Assembly: GCA_964016885.1 (NCBI GenBank)
Contig: OZ024746.1
Coordinates: 77,190,001-77,254,000, forward strand
DNA length: 64,000 nucleotides
Reading direction: 5' to 3'
From: Eledone cirrhosa
Lineage: Eukaryota
The translations under genes and the position numbers were made by a program. How positions within the stretch are numbered: position 1 is the first letter of the stretch; the number at the start of each line of letters is the position of its first letter. The notes beneath the pieces were generated by a model, which saw only the letters and a program-made list of their open reading frames with translations, was not told where the DNA came from and did no database searches. Positions 1 through 11,427 of the stretch are shown in pieces.

Positions 1-379
1 TGTGGGTGGAGGAAGACATCTCATTGAGATACACCAAAGCATTATATATAGACACACACATATATATATATATATATAGTCTTCAACCTATTTGTATTTA
101 TAGTTGTTATGGTATAAGCATGGCCACTGCTTTTGGTTGCTTTTCTTGTTGTCACATTTTCTTAACTTTGTGTTTACTCTGGATGATAATGTATTAACTT
201 CTCACTCCATTGAGTGCTTTGTAACCACCGCAAACAATTTGATTAGTATCTACTATATTGCAACTACACATTCGATTCATACCCAATATCATATATATTT
301 TTAAAAAATGACAAACACAGAGAAACAAAAACAGTTAATCTCATTTATTTCATGCTTTGGATGAAAGATAGAAAAAAAG

Positions 380-412
380 TCCAACGTATCGGACATTAGT
401 CCTTCATCAGGA
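380..412 (-). ncRNA. Minimal hammerhead-like motif
   Basis: Minus strand TCCTGATGA-A-GGAC-TAAT-GTCC-GATACGTT-GGA. GAAA is changed to GATA. Confidence 0.55.
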
Positions 413-1599
413 ATACAATAGTTCAGAAATAAAAAAATAAAAAATGGGGGACATTTGAATGTTTGTGTGTGTTGCTTTTAATTTTGTGTGTGTGTGTTGT
501 TTTTAATATTTTTAATTTGTTGTGTGTGTCTGCATATATGTTGGTGGAATGGTCCATACGTAGTTTGTGATGATGTCTAAGTGTGTCTGGCTGTATTGAC
601 ATTGTCTGTTTGTGTATTAAATATATAAGAAATTATTTGTGACAAATATGTATCTGTTCACTATGTATCTGGTCAATAAAAAAAATAAAATGGCACTCAA
701 CTTCAAAAGGTGGATTAGCTGAAGTTGAAATAACTAGACATTGGTTAACCCATGGCTATATATAGTAGAAGGTATTATGCAGGGGAAGTGAATCTAAATC
801 ACATGGTTGTGAAATGACTCTTTAACAACACAGCCATATATTGTGCTTAACTTAGAAACAAGTCATAGCATTACCATCACCATCACCTGGGTGATGGTAG
901 CATATAATTGTTGTGTGTCAGACCAAATATGATTTTTGGAAGTTCAATCCCCACAAGGTCATCCTTCCAGAAAAGCCACCATCTGGTAATATATCACTCT
1001 AGGTTAGCTATCCAATGTGCACTATCATTCTACCAGTTACACATCATATTCTTCTAAATAAAATAATTTCAACTTACATTTTGGGAAGCTCGTGAATCTA
1101 ATTTTAGACTCTTCTTGCTTTGAGCACACCAAGGTTACATTTAGAGGGCGAGGAAAATGGAAAGCATACACAAATTATGCTTCTCTGGTGCTTTAGATAT
1201 TGCCATAATGTTGATACACAGCAAAGATGTTTAGTGATATATTTATTGATTCCTGGAAATTATTATATATTTTATTTAATTAGATAAATTTCTATAAAAC
1301 TGTAATCCAGTAATGTGTCTCTCTGAGGTCTGCACACTTGGCGGGGGGGGGGGGGGGGGCTAGTTGGCCTTAATAGTAGCATTGGCTCTGATGGTTGATA
1401 AAATATATGTCAATAAATCACTTGTGTCAACCAAATTGACTAAACCCTTCTTTTTCTTTTTCTTCTTCTTATAATAACGATAATAATGAAAATTATTGTG
1501 TACAATGCTCAGGTGCACTACAACAAAAATAAAGTTATAATGAATTGATTTGAAACCAACCCACAGTATTCCATAGTTTCATTAGGTCACGAAGACTTC

Positions 1600-1850
1600 T
1601 GCTTCTTGAGAAGCTCGTGGGTGTACGTAGAATCCTTAAACACTCCTCCCAAAGAGTCCTATCAGAAGCAATCATCCCCAAATGATCTGGCTGGATCTCT
1701 AAATGAGACCAACTGAGCTTAAGGATGTTATTCAACCATCTTGTTTATTGTCTACACCTAGGTCTCCTTGCAATTTGACTTTGTCTGTAAAATCTACCCA
1801 GTGATTCTTTCCTTACAAATTCTAACCACATGTCCATATACCAGAGCTCG
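1600..1850 (-). mobile_element. RTE/Expander-like LINE 3' fragment
   Basis: GRQ.TRW..NI.KLSW..L type C-terminus. Similar to 52085-52410. Confidence 0.55.
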
Positions 1851-1928
1851 GATTTTAGAGTTAAAGAAACAAATAATTAGATAGGCTTAATTGTAACGAT
1901 AAAAAATAAAAAAATAAAATTTAACAAA

Positions 1929-2108
1929 TTGGCAGTATAGGTAGAGCGTCAGACACCATGCTTTGCAACATAGAGTTATGGCTCTTTGCGTTCTGAGTTC
2001 AAATCTCGCCGAGGTTAGCTTTGCCTTTCACCCTTATGGGGCCGATAAAATAAAGCACCAGTAATGCACTGAGATAATTGCTGGCCTTGTGCCAAAAGTA
2101 GAAACAAT
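1929..2108 (+). mobile_element. tRNA-derived SINE family 1 (Meta/MESC-like core)
   Basis: A box TGGCAGTATAGG, B box GAGTTCAAATC, core GCCTTTCAYCCTTAYGGGGYCGATAAAATAAAG. Confidence 0.8.
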
Positions 2109-2782
2109 GACTTAAATTGACTTACAATTATCAGCAAATAGTGCAAGGGAATTAACTCTAGAGATTTTTTTAGGGGAGGTAACCCTAAATTATAAATAGG
2201 AACGATGATATTCTTATTCTCATCTCGTATCTGAAGATGTATATAGCATTTTCACGAAATATTGTTGCACTGCCATATTTGTTATCGCTATATCTATATT
2301 TCTATAAAACCTAGTGTATCAGTACTGTCAATAATGGCGTCAATAGTCTATTTTTTTTTTTAGTCCAGGATTGGTATGCTGTAAATACCAGGATTATTGG
2401 ATATATGAACAATCATATTAACTGAAAAAAAAAAATGCATTTTGATAAATTAATGGTTTGTATAAAAGAAATCCTATAGTTTATGTTGATTATTGACACG
2501 GAAATCATTAAATATAAAAATTATGTTTTAATATTTATGTTTAGGATATAATTACAAATGATATACATGATTAATTGTATCAGTAACTTTCGCAAAATAA
2601 CTATAGTTACAGTGACAAATGTAAGGTTATAAATTGTTCGCAGTTTGTTCAGAAGAATATTACAAATATAATGTCGTTGATAAACACAAATATAAAAGCA
2701 TAAAAGAAAGGGGAGCAAAAACAAAAACGACCATCAATTCGCCACTAAGTGCAACAATCGGCCGCACATCACATCATAAGGG

Positions 2783-3215
2783 TTAACTAACCACTTTGAG
2801 GCAAGCCAATACGCACGTAGTATTGCCACGGGTGATGGCGGGGCTTAGGTGCTGATACAACCAGGCACCCCAACGAGCATCACCTAACACCTCAGTAAGG
2901 CGAGCCGCCAGCGATGACAAGAACTTCACTGTCAGCGGTCCAACTCCACCAAACGTCTCGAAAGCCACAGACTGGAAAAATATTCACTAGATAAATCCAG
3001 CTATTTACGAATTTTATTCTGTTCGGCAACGGAAGCAGTGACTCTCACATTTACCGCAGCGTCCATGATGTGGTTGGGAGAAAAAGAGTCACTGACTGTG
3101 AGACACCTACTTCTCACTCAGGGAGAAAGCGTAAGGCCATCTGGTCTCTTCTCATCATTTCTGGATAATCAAGGTTAGATCCCAGAACCTTCTAACTGGA
3201 AAACATGACTGAGAT
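2783..3215 (-). mobile_element. CRE-clade non-LTR retrotransposon 3' remnant (restriction-like endonuclease region)
   Basis: Minus strand reads LSRNDEKRPDGLTLSP, then AFETFGGVG...GDAR.GAWLYQHLS.AITRGN. Degenerate. Confidence 0.75.
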
Positions 3216-3432
3216 AATTAATGCGTTGTGGGTATGCTTGTGTGTGTAAATTCTACATGGTTATATATATATATATATATAAGAATTAAAATACTTGAGT
3301 GTGTTGGAGTTAAACACCCTCTTCATATTATAGAAATGACAGTATAGGATATAGCTCAATGTAATTAAACAGAGCCGAAGAATTATAAAAAATAAACCAA
3401 AGAAGCCTTCAATACATCAAATGTCTTTATTA

Positions 3433-3470
3433 GCCAACAATGCTTCGTTCTATTAAGGACTCATCAGGGC
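3433..3470 (-). ncRNA. Minimal hammerhead-like motif
   Basis: Minus strand GCC-CTGATGA-GTCC-TTAATA-GAAC-GAAGC-ATT-GTT-GGC-T-AATAAA. Two substitutions from consensus. Confidence 0.6.
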
Positions 3471-3628
3471 AAGTAAAGCTACAAGAATCACTATCGGCCA
3501 ATACAAGCCAAAAAACTCAGAAGAATATGGAGTATACATCTATTAAAGCTTAGGAAAGATATCAAGGAAAAGTTGTCTAAGATTAAGAGTGAGCAGTTAC
3601 AAACATAGATATTTTATAATTTTTTATA

Positions 3629-3691
<63 letters not shown>

Positions 3692-3941
3692 ACTCAAAGG
3701 CAGGCGAGCAATGTGGCAGCATGCTACTACGTCCTTCTCTGGGTTAAAAAGATAACACACACCTTTTCTTTGCTTGTTTCCTTAAAGTTTACCATCATTC
3801 CGTTGGTATATATTTATTACACAATTTACACCTGATGAGGTAATCGGGTTCTTACGCAACCTGGCCACTGAAATGTGTATATTGTTTACACTAATACAAA
3901 ATTAATGAAATTCAACATATTTGGCCTCCAGTCATTTCACT

Positions 3942-3991
<50 letters not shown>

Positions 3992-4203
3992 TGTCTATAA
4001 ACACTTGTGGTGTATTATTATGGTTGATTCATTATTAGTATTTATTATCGATCTGCATTGTTATAGCCTTCTATAACAAACTGTTTTAAATACATTTGTG
4101 TTATCTCCCCATCAGAAAGCAACACAAATAAAATGATTTATTGGGTTCAGTTAATTTCTGAATTTTAATCCCAGCAAAAAAAGATGAAAAATAAACCCCA
4201 TGC

Positions 4204-4251
<48 letters not shown>

Positions 4252-4911
4252 TCCTTACGGGGTCGATAAAATAAAGTACCAGTAATGTACTGGGTAATTG
4301 CTGGCCTTGTGCCAAAAGTAGAAACAATTATTACTATTATTATTATTATTTCATGTTTGATGCAAAGAGAAGAATAAAATAGAACGGTGATGCCGGTTGA
4401 ATTTATATCTCATTATCATTGTTTTTATGTATGCTTTTCCATGGAAAGATTCCGGTAATTGTTTATTAATTCAAATAGCTTAGCACTATTTTCATTGTCA
4501 CAGACGAGGGTAAAGCAGTGACGCACTGAAGTGTGTGCCGCCCGCGTCAGGCCCTTGAGTTTGCTGTTCTCCGGATCCCCCACATGCACAAATATATATA
4601 ACAGACCCTCCAAAGTACCACCCCAATCGCCCCACTCCCCGATTCCCTATTACGGCAACGATGAGATAAATGTCCACAACTGTTTTCGCAGTGTATTTTT
4701 TTGATAATTTATTTTATTGACCCCTAGAAGAATGAAAGGCAAAGTTGATCTTGGTAGGATTTGAATATAGAACTTAAAGAACTAGAACAAATACAGAAAT
4801 ACGTTTTGTATGATTCTCTAACAACTCTGCCAAGCCATTGTCTTTCATTTGTCAATAAAATAAAAACAAATCAGAATAAATCAATTTTAGCAAGGACTTA
4901 TTGATGTATGT

Positions 4912-5180
4912 GAAGGCACATAGCTTAATGGTTAGGCCCTTCCGCTCACGATCGTAAGATCGTGAGTTCGTTTTCCAGCGGTGCATTGTGTCCTTAAGTA
5001 AGACACTTTACTTTCACCCTTCTTCAGGCCACTCAGCTGGCAAAATGTGTTGTAACTGTAAATCAAAGGACCAGTCTTGTAAGAGGTTGTGTCACGCTGA
5101 ATCTCCCCCGAAAAACTACGTTACGGGTACCATGCCAGAGGAATGCTCAGTCACTTGCATGTTTATTTCACGTTGTTAAA
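4912..5180 (+). mobile_element. tRNA-derived SINE family 2 (CORE-like). Relatives at about 19795, 26885, 48740-49070 (-), 53520-53660 (-)
   Basis: A box TAGCTTAATGG, B box GAGTTCG, body GTGTCCTTRAGYAAGACACTTTA. Confidence 0.7.
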
Positions 5181-5309
5181 AAATACCAAAATTTAACACA
5201 TACACACATATATCTCGTACTTAATTCCTAAATATTTCACATAAAAATATAGAATCAAAACGAAAGAAAATATGTCAACATTATGTGTGTCAATCGGTCA
5301 CACACTACA

Positions 5310-5570
5310 AGGGGTGTCGGAGACTCTCACTAATACCTTTTGAGGCAAGCCAACACACCGGCAGCATTACCGCGAGTGATAGCGAGGCTAAGGCGCTGGA
5401 ACAACCAAGCACCCTCACGAACATCACCTACTACTTCAGTAAGGTGAGCTGCCAACGATGACAAGATTTTCGTTATTAGCGGCACAGCTCCCCCAAACGT
5501 CACATGCTGAAAACAATAGTATTTCGATATTTTAGAATTTTATTCCGTTCAGCTACAGAGGCAGTAACCA
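5310..5570 (-). mobile_element. Second CRE-like 3' remnant
   Basis: Clear nucleotide similarity to 2795-3040. Minus strand encodes GDVREGAWLFQRLSLAITRGNAAGVLA. Confidence 0.7.
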
Positions 5571-5790
5571 AGAATACATTTTCCTGGGTTGGGAATTATC
5601 CAGAACTTATTTGTTCTTCTTGGTGTTTAGCCCTAGGTAAAACCTTATTGATCAAAGCGCATTTCAACCGTAGTCATGTAGTCATTTTGGAGATTTCTAT
5701 GATAATATCATTTCCTTATTGAACGATTTGATATCAACTGCTCTACGATACAAGACTTTATTTTTAGTGTTTATATATCTAAAACCCATT

Positions 5791-5973
5791 GTGGATTGGC
5801 AGTATCGGTAGAGGGTCGGACGCCATGCTTTCCAGCATAGTTACGTCCCTTTACGATCTGAGTTCAAATCCCGCCGAGGTTGACTTTGCCTTTCATCCTT
5901 ACGGGGTCGATAAAATAAAGTACCAGTAATGCACTGGGTGATTGCTGGCCTTGTGCCTAAAGTAGAAACAATT
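5791..5973 (+). mobile_element. SINE family 1 copy
   Basis: A/B boxes and the same core. Confidence 0.85.
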
Positions 5974-6654
5974 ATAATTTGTGTAAAAATCTACGTAAGA
6001 ACTTTTGTAAAATATAAATGAAAATTTTATTCACTGTTGTATAAAAAGAGTTATAATAATACAATGCTTACAGAACAAAAACACAAACAAATATAAACGA
6101 GAATGTTAGTTATTTTATTAAATTATTACCCCCCCCCCCCCCCCCCAGTTTTGGTAATTTTCAAAATTATTTGAACATTACAGGCCGTGTCTTAAATTAG
6201 AAATATAGTAACGAAAGGGTTAAGATAGCAAGGTGTAGTTTCAGGGAGCTGGTTGATTAATGGAACAGTCTGTTCATTCAAGTGCCCGAGCATTCGATAG
6301 GCACGTGTACACTATGAGAATATATTTATTATTGTAATTGTTAAAAAAAATCCCACACTTAAATTTTAATCGCTTATTTTATAAATGTTTCCGGCCATTT
6401 CTCATATCGATGTTCGGAACATATAAACCACCTTTAGTCCTCGTACTACAACGAACACATACAAAACCCGTTGGCGAATTTAGTAAACTTATTGCCTATA
6501 CAGCCGAATATCCATGGCACTTTTCGCTATCTAGTGATGTGTGTTTTTTTTTGTTTTGTTTTCTCTTTCTTTTTTTTTTTTTTGTTTTCCTTCTCCCTTT
6601 CCTTTATATTATATTTGTTTGTGCTTTCGTTCTGTAAGCATTGTATTATTTTAT

Positions 6655-6957
6655 GTTAACTTTGCCTTTCATCCTTACGGGGTCGATAAAATAAAGCACC
6701 AGTAATACACTGGGATAATTGCTGGCCTTGTGCCAAGTGTAGAAACAATTATTTTATCTCAATCGGAGAGTGGATTGGCAGCATCGGTAGAGGGTCGGAC
6801 GCCATGCTTTGACGCATAGAGTTACGGCCCTTGCCATTCTGAGTTCAAATCCCGCCGAGGTTAACTTTGCCTTTCATCCTTACGGGGGTCAATAAAATAA
6901 AATACCAGTAATGCACTGAGTAACTGCTGGCCTTGTGCCAAAAGTAGAAACAATTAT
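6655..6957 (+). mobile_element. Tandem SINE family 1 copies (3' half plus a full copy)
   Basis: Core and tail present twice. Another 3' half lies at 4248-4330. Confidence 0.85.
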
Positions 6958-6999
6958 TTTATCTCTTTTTATACAACAGTGAATAAAATTATACAGTCA

Positions 7000-7750
7000 T
7001 GCGCGAGCTAACATCATCCGACTGTAGACCGATTCACTGAATCCGTTCCCTCCATCGAGGTCCCTCCTTCGTCGGCATGGTGTTCCATATGAGCCCCAAT
7101 TCCTGATCTAGCTTCGAAGCCCACCTTTCTATCCGTGATGGCCAACCTTTAGTAACTACTCAAAAATATTAAAGTAATCGAACCCCATCAAGTTTGTTTT
7201 TTACACTTTGATCCCTATATGCTTAGTGTCAGTCTCTCATATAGATTCTTGACATCTCTAAAACGTTTTAACCTAATCTTTGATCAACTCAAATGCTTGG
7301 TCAACGCCAGATTCTTTCCAGAGTTCCGTGACAAGGGTGTATTGTACAAATGATTTGGAAGCATAGGTCTACGCAAATGCTCGTCTCTATCTCTACCTTA
7401 CATTTTTTCCTTAATCCTTGCCTTGCTCTTCCCCTTTCCAGCGAGGCCTACTTCCAACAGGGAGGTGGATGAAATTCTACTACGGCGGAGAGAGCTGGCC
7501 GTGTTAGTTCCTGATACAGAGGACCTAGCACAATTTACATTTGAGAGAAACTTTCAATTCTCTTTTGGATTAATCTAATCAATTCTTAAGTTGCCATCTA
7601 TTTTTCGTTGATGCCCTGTCCGCATTTCCATTGCGCCCAGAATCGGAGTCAGTGTATTGTGGGAGATTGAAATCTTATGGCAGGCCCCTTGATTCCACAG
7701 ATCTCCATGGTTTGTCTTGCCGCTTGAATGCAGGTCCCTTCGTTCACCGT
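7000..7750 (+). mobile_element. CRE-like remnant (RT and zinc-knuckle region), interrupted by CR1 and continuing at about 8802-8880
   Basis: DSTDLHGLSCRLNAG zinc-knuckle-like motif before 7750, and LN/LVINRAL after 8801. The upstream boundary is approximate. Confidence 0.55.
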
Positions 7751-8801
7751 AATAATAATGATAATAATGAAATTATTGTGTACAGTGCTCAGGTGCATTA
7801 CAACTCGTCAAAGGTGCATGTATAGTACATAGAATAATATACAAATGTCAGGGAAGTAATAGTGTATGAGTCATGATATACATGTGTGCGTGTGTATGGA
7901 GGGGGAATATTAAGTGTAGTGTTGGCGAATCTCAGGAAGCATTGAGGTTTTAAAGGATGCAGTGTCTCGACAGCTAATAACTGATGCAAGTAGTTTGTTC
8001 CATGCTTCAGCAACTCTGAGCGTGAAAAAATGTTTCCGAAAGTCATGGGAGCTGTGCTGTTTTCTGACTTTCTGGGCATGCCCACGCGTGTTAGACACAT
8101 GGAAATCAAAAAGGTACTCAGGGTTGTTGTTGGCAAGATGGTTAATAATTTTGTGGGTGTTTACCAAGTCAGTTGCCAGACGTCGGAGCTTCAATGTATC
8201 CATGCCCAGGGAAGCAAGGCATTCAGAGTATGGTAGATGCCTGATGGAGGGTATTCGCTTGGTTGCGCGTCTCTGAACAGTTTCCAGGCGGTCAATGTTC
8301 TGAGCAAGATAGGGGTTCCAGACTGGTGATGCAAATTCTAAGTGGGGCTGCACCATAGCTATATACAGCTTTAAATAGATAGCTGGAGAGCGGCTGACAA
8401 AGGTCTTGTTGAGTGATGCTAAGACACCCTCAGCCTTCTTGACAATTTTAGAGACGTGCTTCGTCCAACGCAAATCGCTGCTGACCGTAATGTCCAGGTC
8501 ATGTTCACAAGAAGACTTCTTGATATTAGTGTTGTGGAGGGAGTATGTGGACCTGGGTTTTTACTCCCAAAATGCATGGTGGTACACTTGTCCACAGCTA
8601 GCTTGAGTTGCCAGACTGTGATCCACTGCTGCATTGTGTCCAGGTCAGATTGCAGGCATCGGTCCTTTTTATCTCAAGGTACAGCTTGATGTCATCTGCA
8701 TATTTCAGTACTGTGGCATTTTTAAGTTGGCATCTATGTCATTAGTATATGCCACAAACAAAAGGGGGCCAAGAACAGATCCCTGTGGTACACCAGATGA
8801 C
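7751..8801 (-). mobile_element. CR1-clade LINE, 5'-truncated (RT C-terminus plus 3' UTR)
   Basis: SGVPQGSVLGPLL, YADD, PHLEFASPVWNPY, LETVQRRATK and TRGH motifs. Frameshifted. (ATT)n-type tail. Short 3' copies at about 1475-1525 and 54695-54870. Confidence 0.9.
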
Positions 8802-9199
8802 TAAGCTAAACCCTAGTTATCAACCGGGCTCTGCTGTGGGTGTGTTGAATTCCACCCAAAACTATTAGAGGGGGGCTCCAGCGCCCTTTCTTGTGATGTG
8901 ATTGAGTGTGCACCCCCCCCCCCCCCCCCAAAAAAAAACTTTTTTCTTTTTCTCTGATTAATTTCTGTTGATTTTTTCTTTTTTTTTTTTGTAAATAATT
9001 TTCACGACTATTTATTAATATTTATAATGTATCATTAATTCAAGCCTGCTATTATAAGTAAATAAACACGCACACATGTATATAACGTATGAGTTTGAGT
9101 AAAATCTTATTTTACGTAGAAAAAAAAAGAAATCTTGTTTTACGTTTCACACTTTTAATCTCAGATGGTTGGGCATCATATGTAGGTTCATAAGAACGA

Positions 9200-9765
9200 G
9201 ATTAAACGTGTCTGGTAGAATCTAGCGATTAATTATGGACCACAGTGTTCCCCGACAAAGATCGGCGACTTCAACGAAACATTTCCAAGTTACTTTCACT
9301 TTTTTAGCAGTGCAAAAAAAGATTCAGCCAGAGTTTGTTTGTATGCATATTGAAAGCGCGAAGCAAAAACGAAAGTACCGAAAGTAACTGGTCGAAGAAG
9401 AAATAAGATCTCGTCAATGTTGAACAACATTTTCAAAGTGTCAAATAAATATAGAAATTAGAAAAATATCAATAAGAATATATATATATATGTTTCATTA
9501 TTGCCAAGGTTGTTTGTATTTATAGGATGAATGTATATATAAAAAAAAACAACACAATTTTTTGTTGATCTCGCCAAATCTCGTCGATTCCCGCGACATC
9601 TAACACATGGAAACAAATATGTCGCACAACGTCTGTTGGATAGCTACATCTCAACATTGTTCACATCGTGACAGCGTACACAGTCGATGACTGCCAACAT
9701 ACACAGCACTGTAGCTGGTTGACACATTGACATGGTAGGCTCTGTGAGTAAATCTCGAAAAAGGG
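9200..9765 (+). promoter_or_regulatory. Probable SMG5 promoter/5' leader
   Basis: CpG-enriched unique sequence directly upstream of exon 1. Repeated ATCTCG half-sites (about 9408, 9568, 9578, 9752) resemble the TCTCGCGAGA promoter motif. TSS not determined. Confidence 0.5.
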
Positions 9766-9833
9766 ATGAAGAAAGCCGGGCAGAAGAAAGATGAAGTTAA
9801 ACCTGAGGTCGACAAAGCTAGACGAGTCTACAG
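9766..9833 (+). CDS. SMG5: SMG5 coding exon 1 (MKKAGQKKDEVKPEVDKARRVYR)
   Basis: First ATG after an in-frame TGA (9745). Ends AG|gtaag, phase 2, and joins exon 2 in frame. ARRVYR resembles the SMG5 N-terminal KRLYR. Confidence 0.85.
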
Positions 9834-11375
9834 GTAAGAAGGGGATTTCTCCGAACACACTCAACTGTTTCACTTTCCATTGAAAAAACATTGCATGGAA
9901 TAGTTCCCTCACTTCACTCCTTTATTCTTCTCATTTCCTTTGATATCTCTTTGTTTTTCTACGATCAAAAGATAACTAAAACAAGCCAAGTGTTAATCCT
10001 AATTCTGGTTGTGTTGTACTTATTTCCCCGCTCCTCAATAATTCAAAGACATTTCTAAATTTGTCACTAACCACCAACTCAGCTGTTATTCTTTACTATT
10101 CCACGTGGCTGATACCAACTCTTAAGATTTAGAAATCTACGAAAGACAATTTCTTCGGTTTCTAATTTATATATTTGAAAATGAAAAAAATCCACAACGA
10201 ATAAACATAACTATGTAGAGAGTGAAAATGGATAGGTAGGTAGATAGGAAAGCAATTGATCGACATTGAAATGGATTGTTTATAACAATGCATCTGATTT
10301 GTTATTTTACACATAGCTTAGTGGTTTAACTGTTTGTCTATCCACTCTTGGATAAATTCCGAAAATAGCTAGAATATTAACTGAGTTTTAAAACGGAGTG
10401 TTTTTATTTTCGGCCTTGCTACTAAATTGGTTACCAAGTTTTGTTTAATTTTCGTTTCGTTTCTTCATTAAACAAAATACTATATTTCTCTTATTCAGCT
10501 ATCCCTAACTCCCTTCCTTCTGTCATCCATCCACAGGTTATTCTATTCTTAATTATCAAGACAATTTTGTTGTCGGTTTGCCAATCTACTACTCGCCATT
10601 GAAAATGCATCATGCAACACTTACAACGAAAACAAATCCACATGAAACATAAGTTGGTGTTTATTTTCATATCCCAGAAATGTGCTCATTAAATGTAGTG
10701 CTATATTGTAGCTGACCATTTTACACACACAGTCGACGTGTTTATCTATTTGAGGTTTTGCATATATTTTCCTAGTGCTATGTCTATCGGTGCACAATTT
10801 CACTGTAATATGGTCCTAGTTAGAGGAAGTGGTTGATGTATTTAAAACAAAATTCGAACACAGATAATAAACAATAAAGATCGTCCATGTGAATGAGTGT
10901 CCCGTGTGAGGTGCACTAGACCTCTGGTTAGATCGCTGCCCTCACCTCACTTTGGTCTCTAATAACTTGATTAATGTATAAAGAGGTTTCTCTCTGTCCG
11001 CCGTATATATATATATATATATATATAGCTTGTTGTTTCCCGAAAGATAGCACAAAACGAGAACAATTTAGTAAGGACGAAATGAATCCTCAGATTTGAA
11101 CGAATAATCTCTGCTACAAGTTTTGAATTCTCTGGTCTGTGCATCCAAACGCGTGTGTATATATATACACACACATACATGTGATATTTCTGAAATCGAT
11201 ACCTGTATTAAATTGAAACCATGTGTGTCCAGAAAAGTTTTCACTCGGATGGTGCTCTCCTAGCGGTCAATAGTTCACTCCCGCCGTTTTCATCTCACCC
11301 CGCATCATATATGAATCGTCTGCCGACGATGTAGATGTCTGATTATCATTGTGGCCAATAAATGAAATTATTATT

Positions 11376-11427
<52 letters not shown>

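Noticed and set aside
1929-2010. tRNA genes at A/B-box motifs throughout the window
   Set aside because: They do not form full cloverleaves and continue into shared SINE bodies.
9661-9912. 83-aa minus-strand ORF as a divergent gene
   Set aside because: It is the antisense shadow of SMG5 exon 1, with no recognisable homology. I found no minus-strand host exons in 1-9600.
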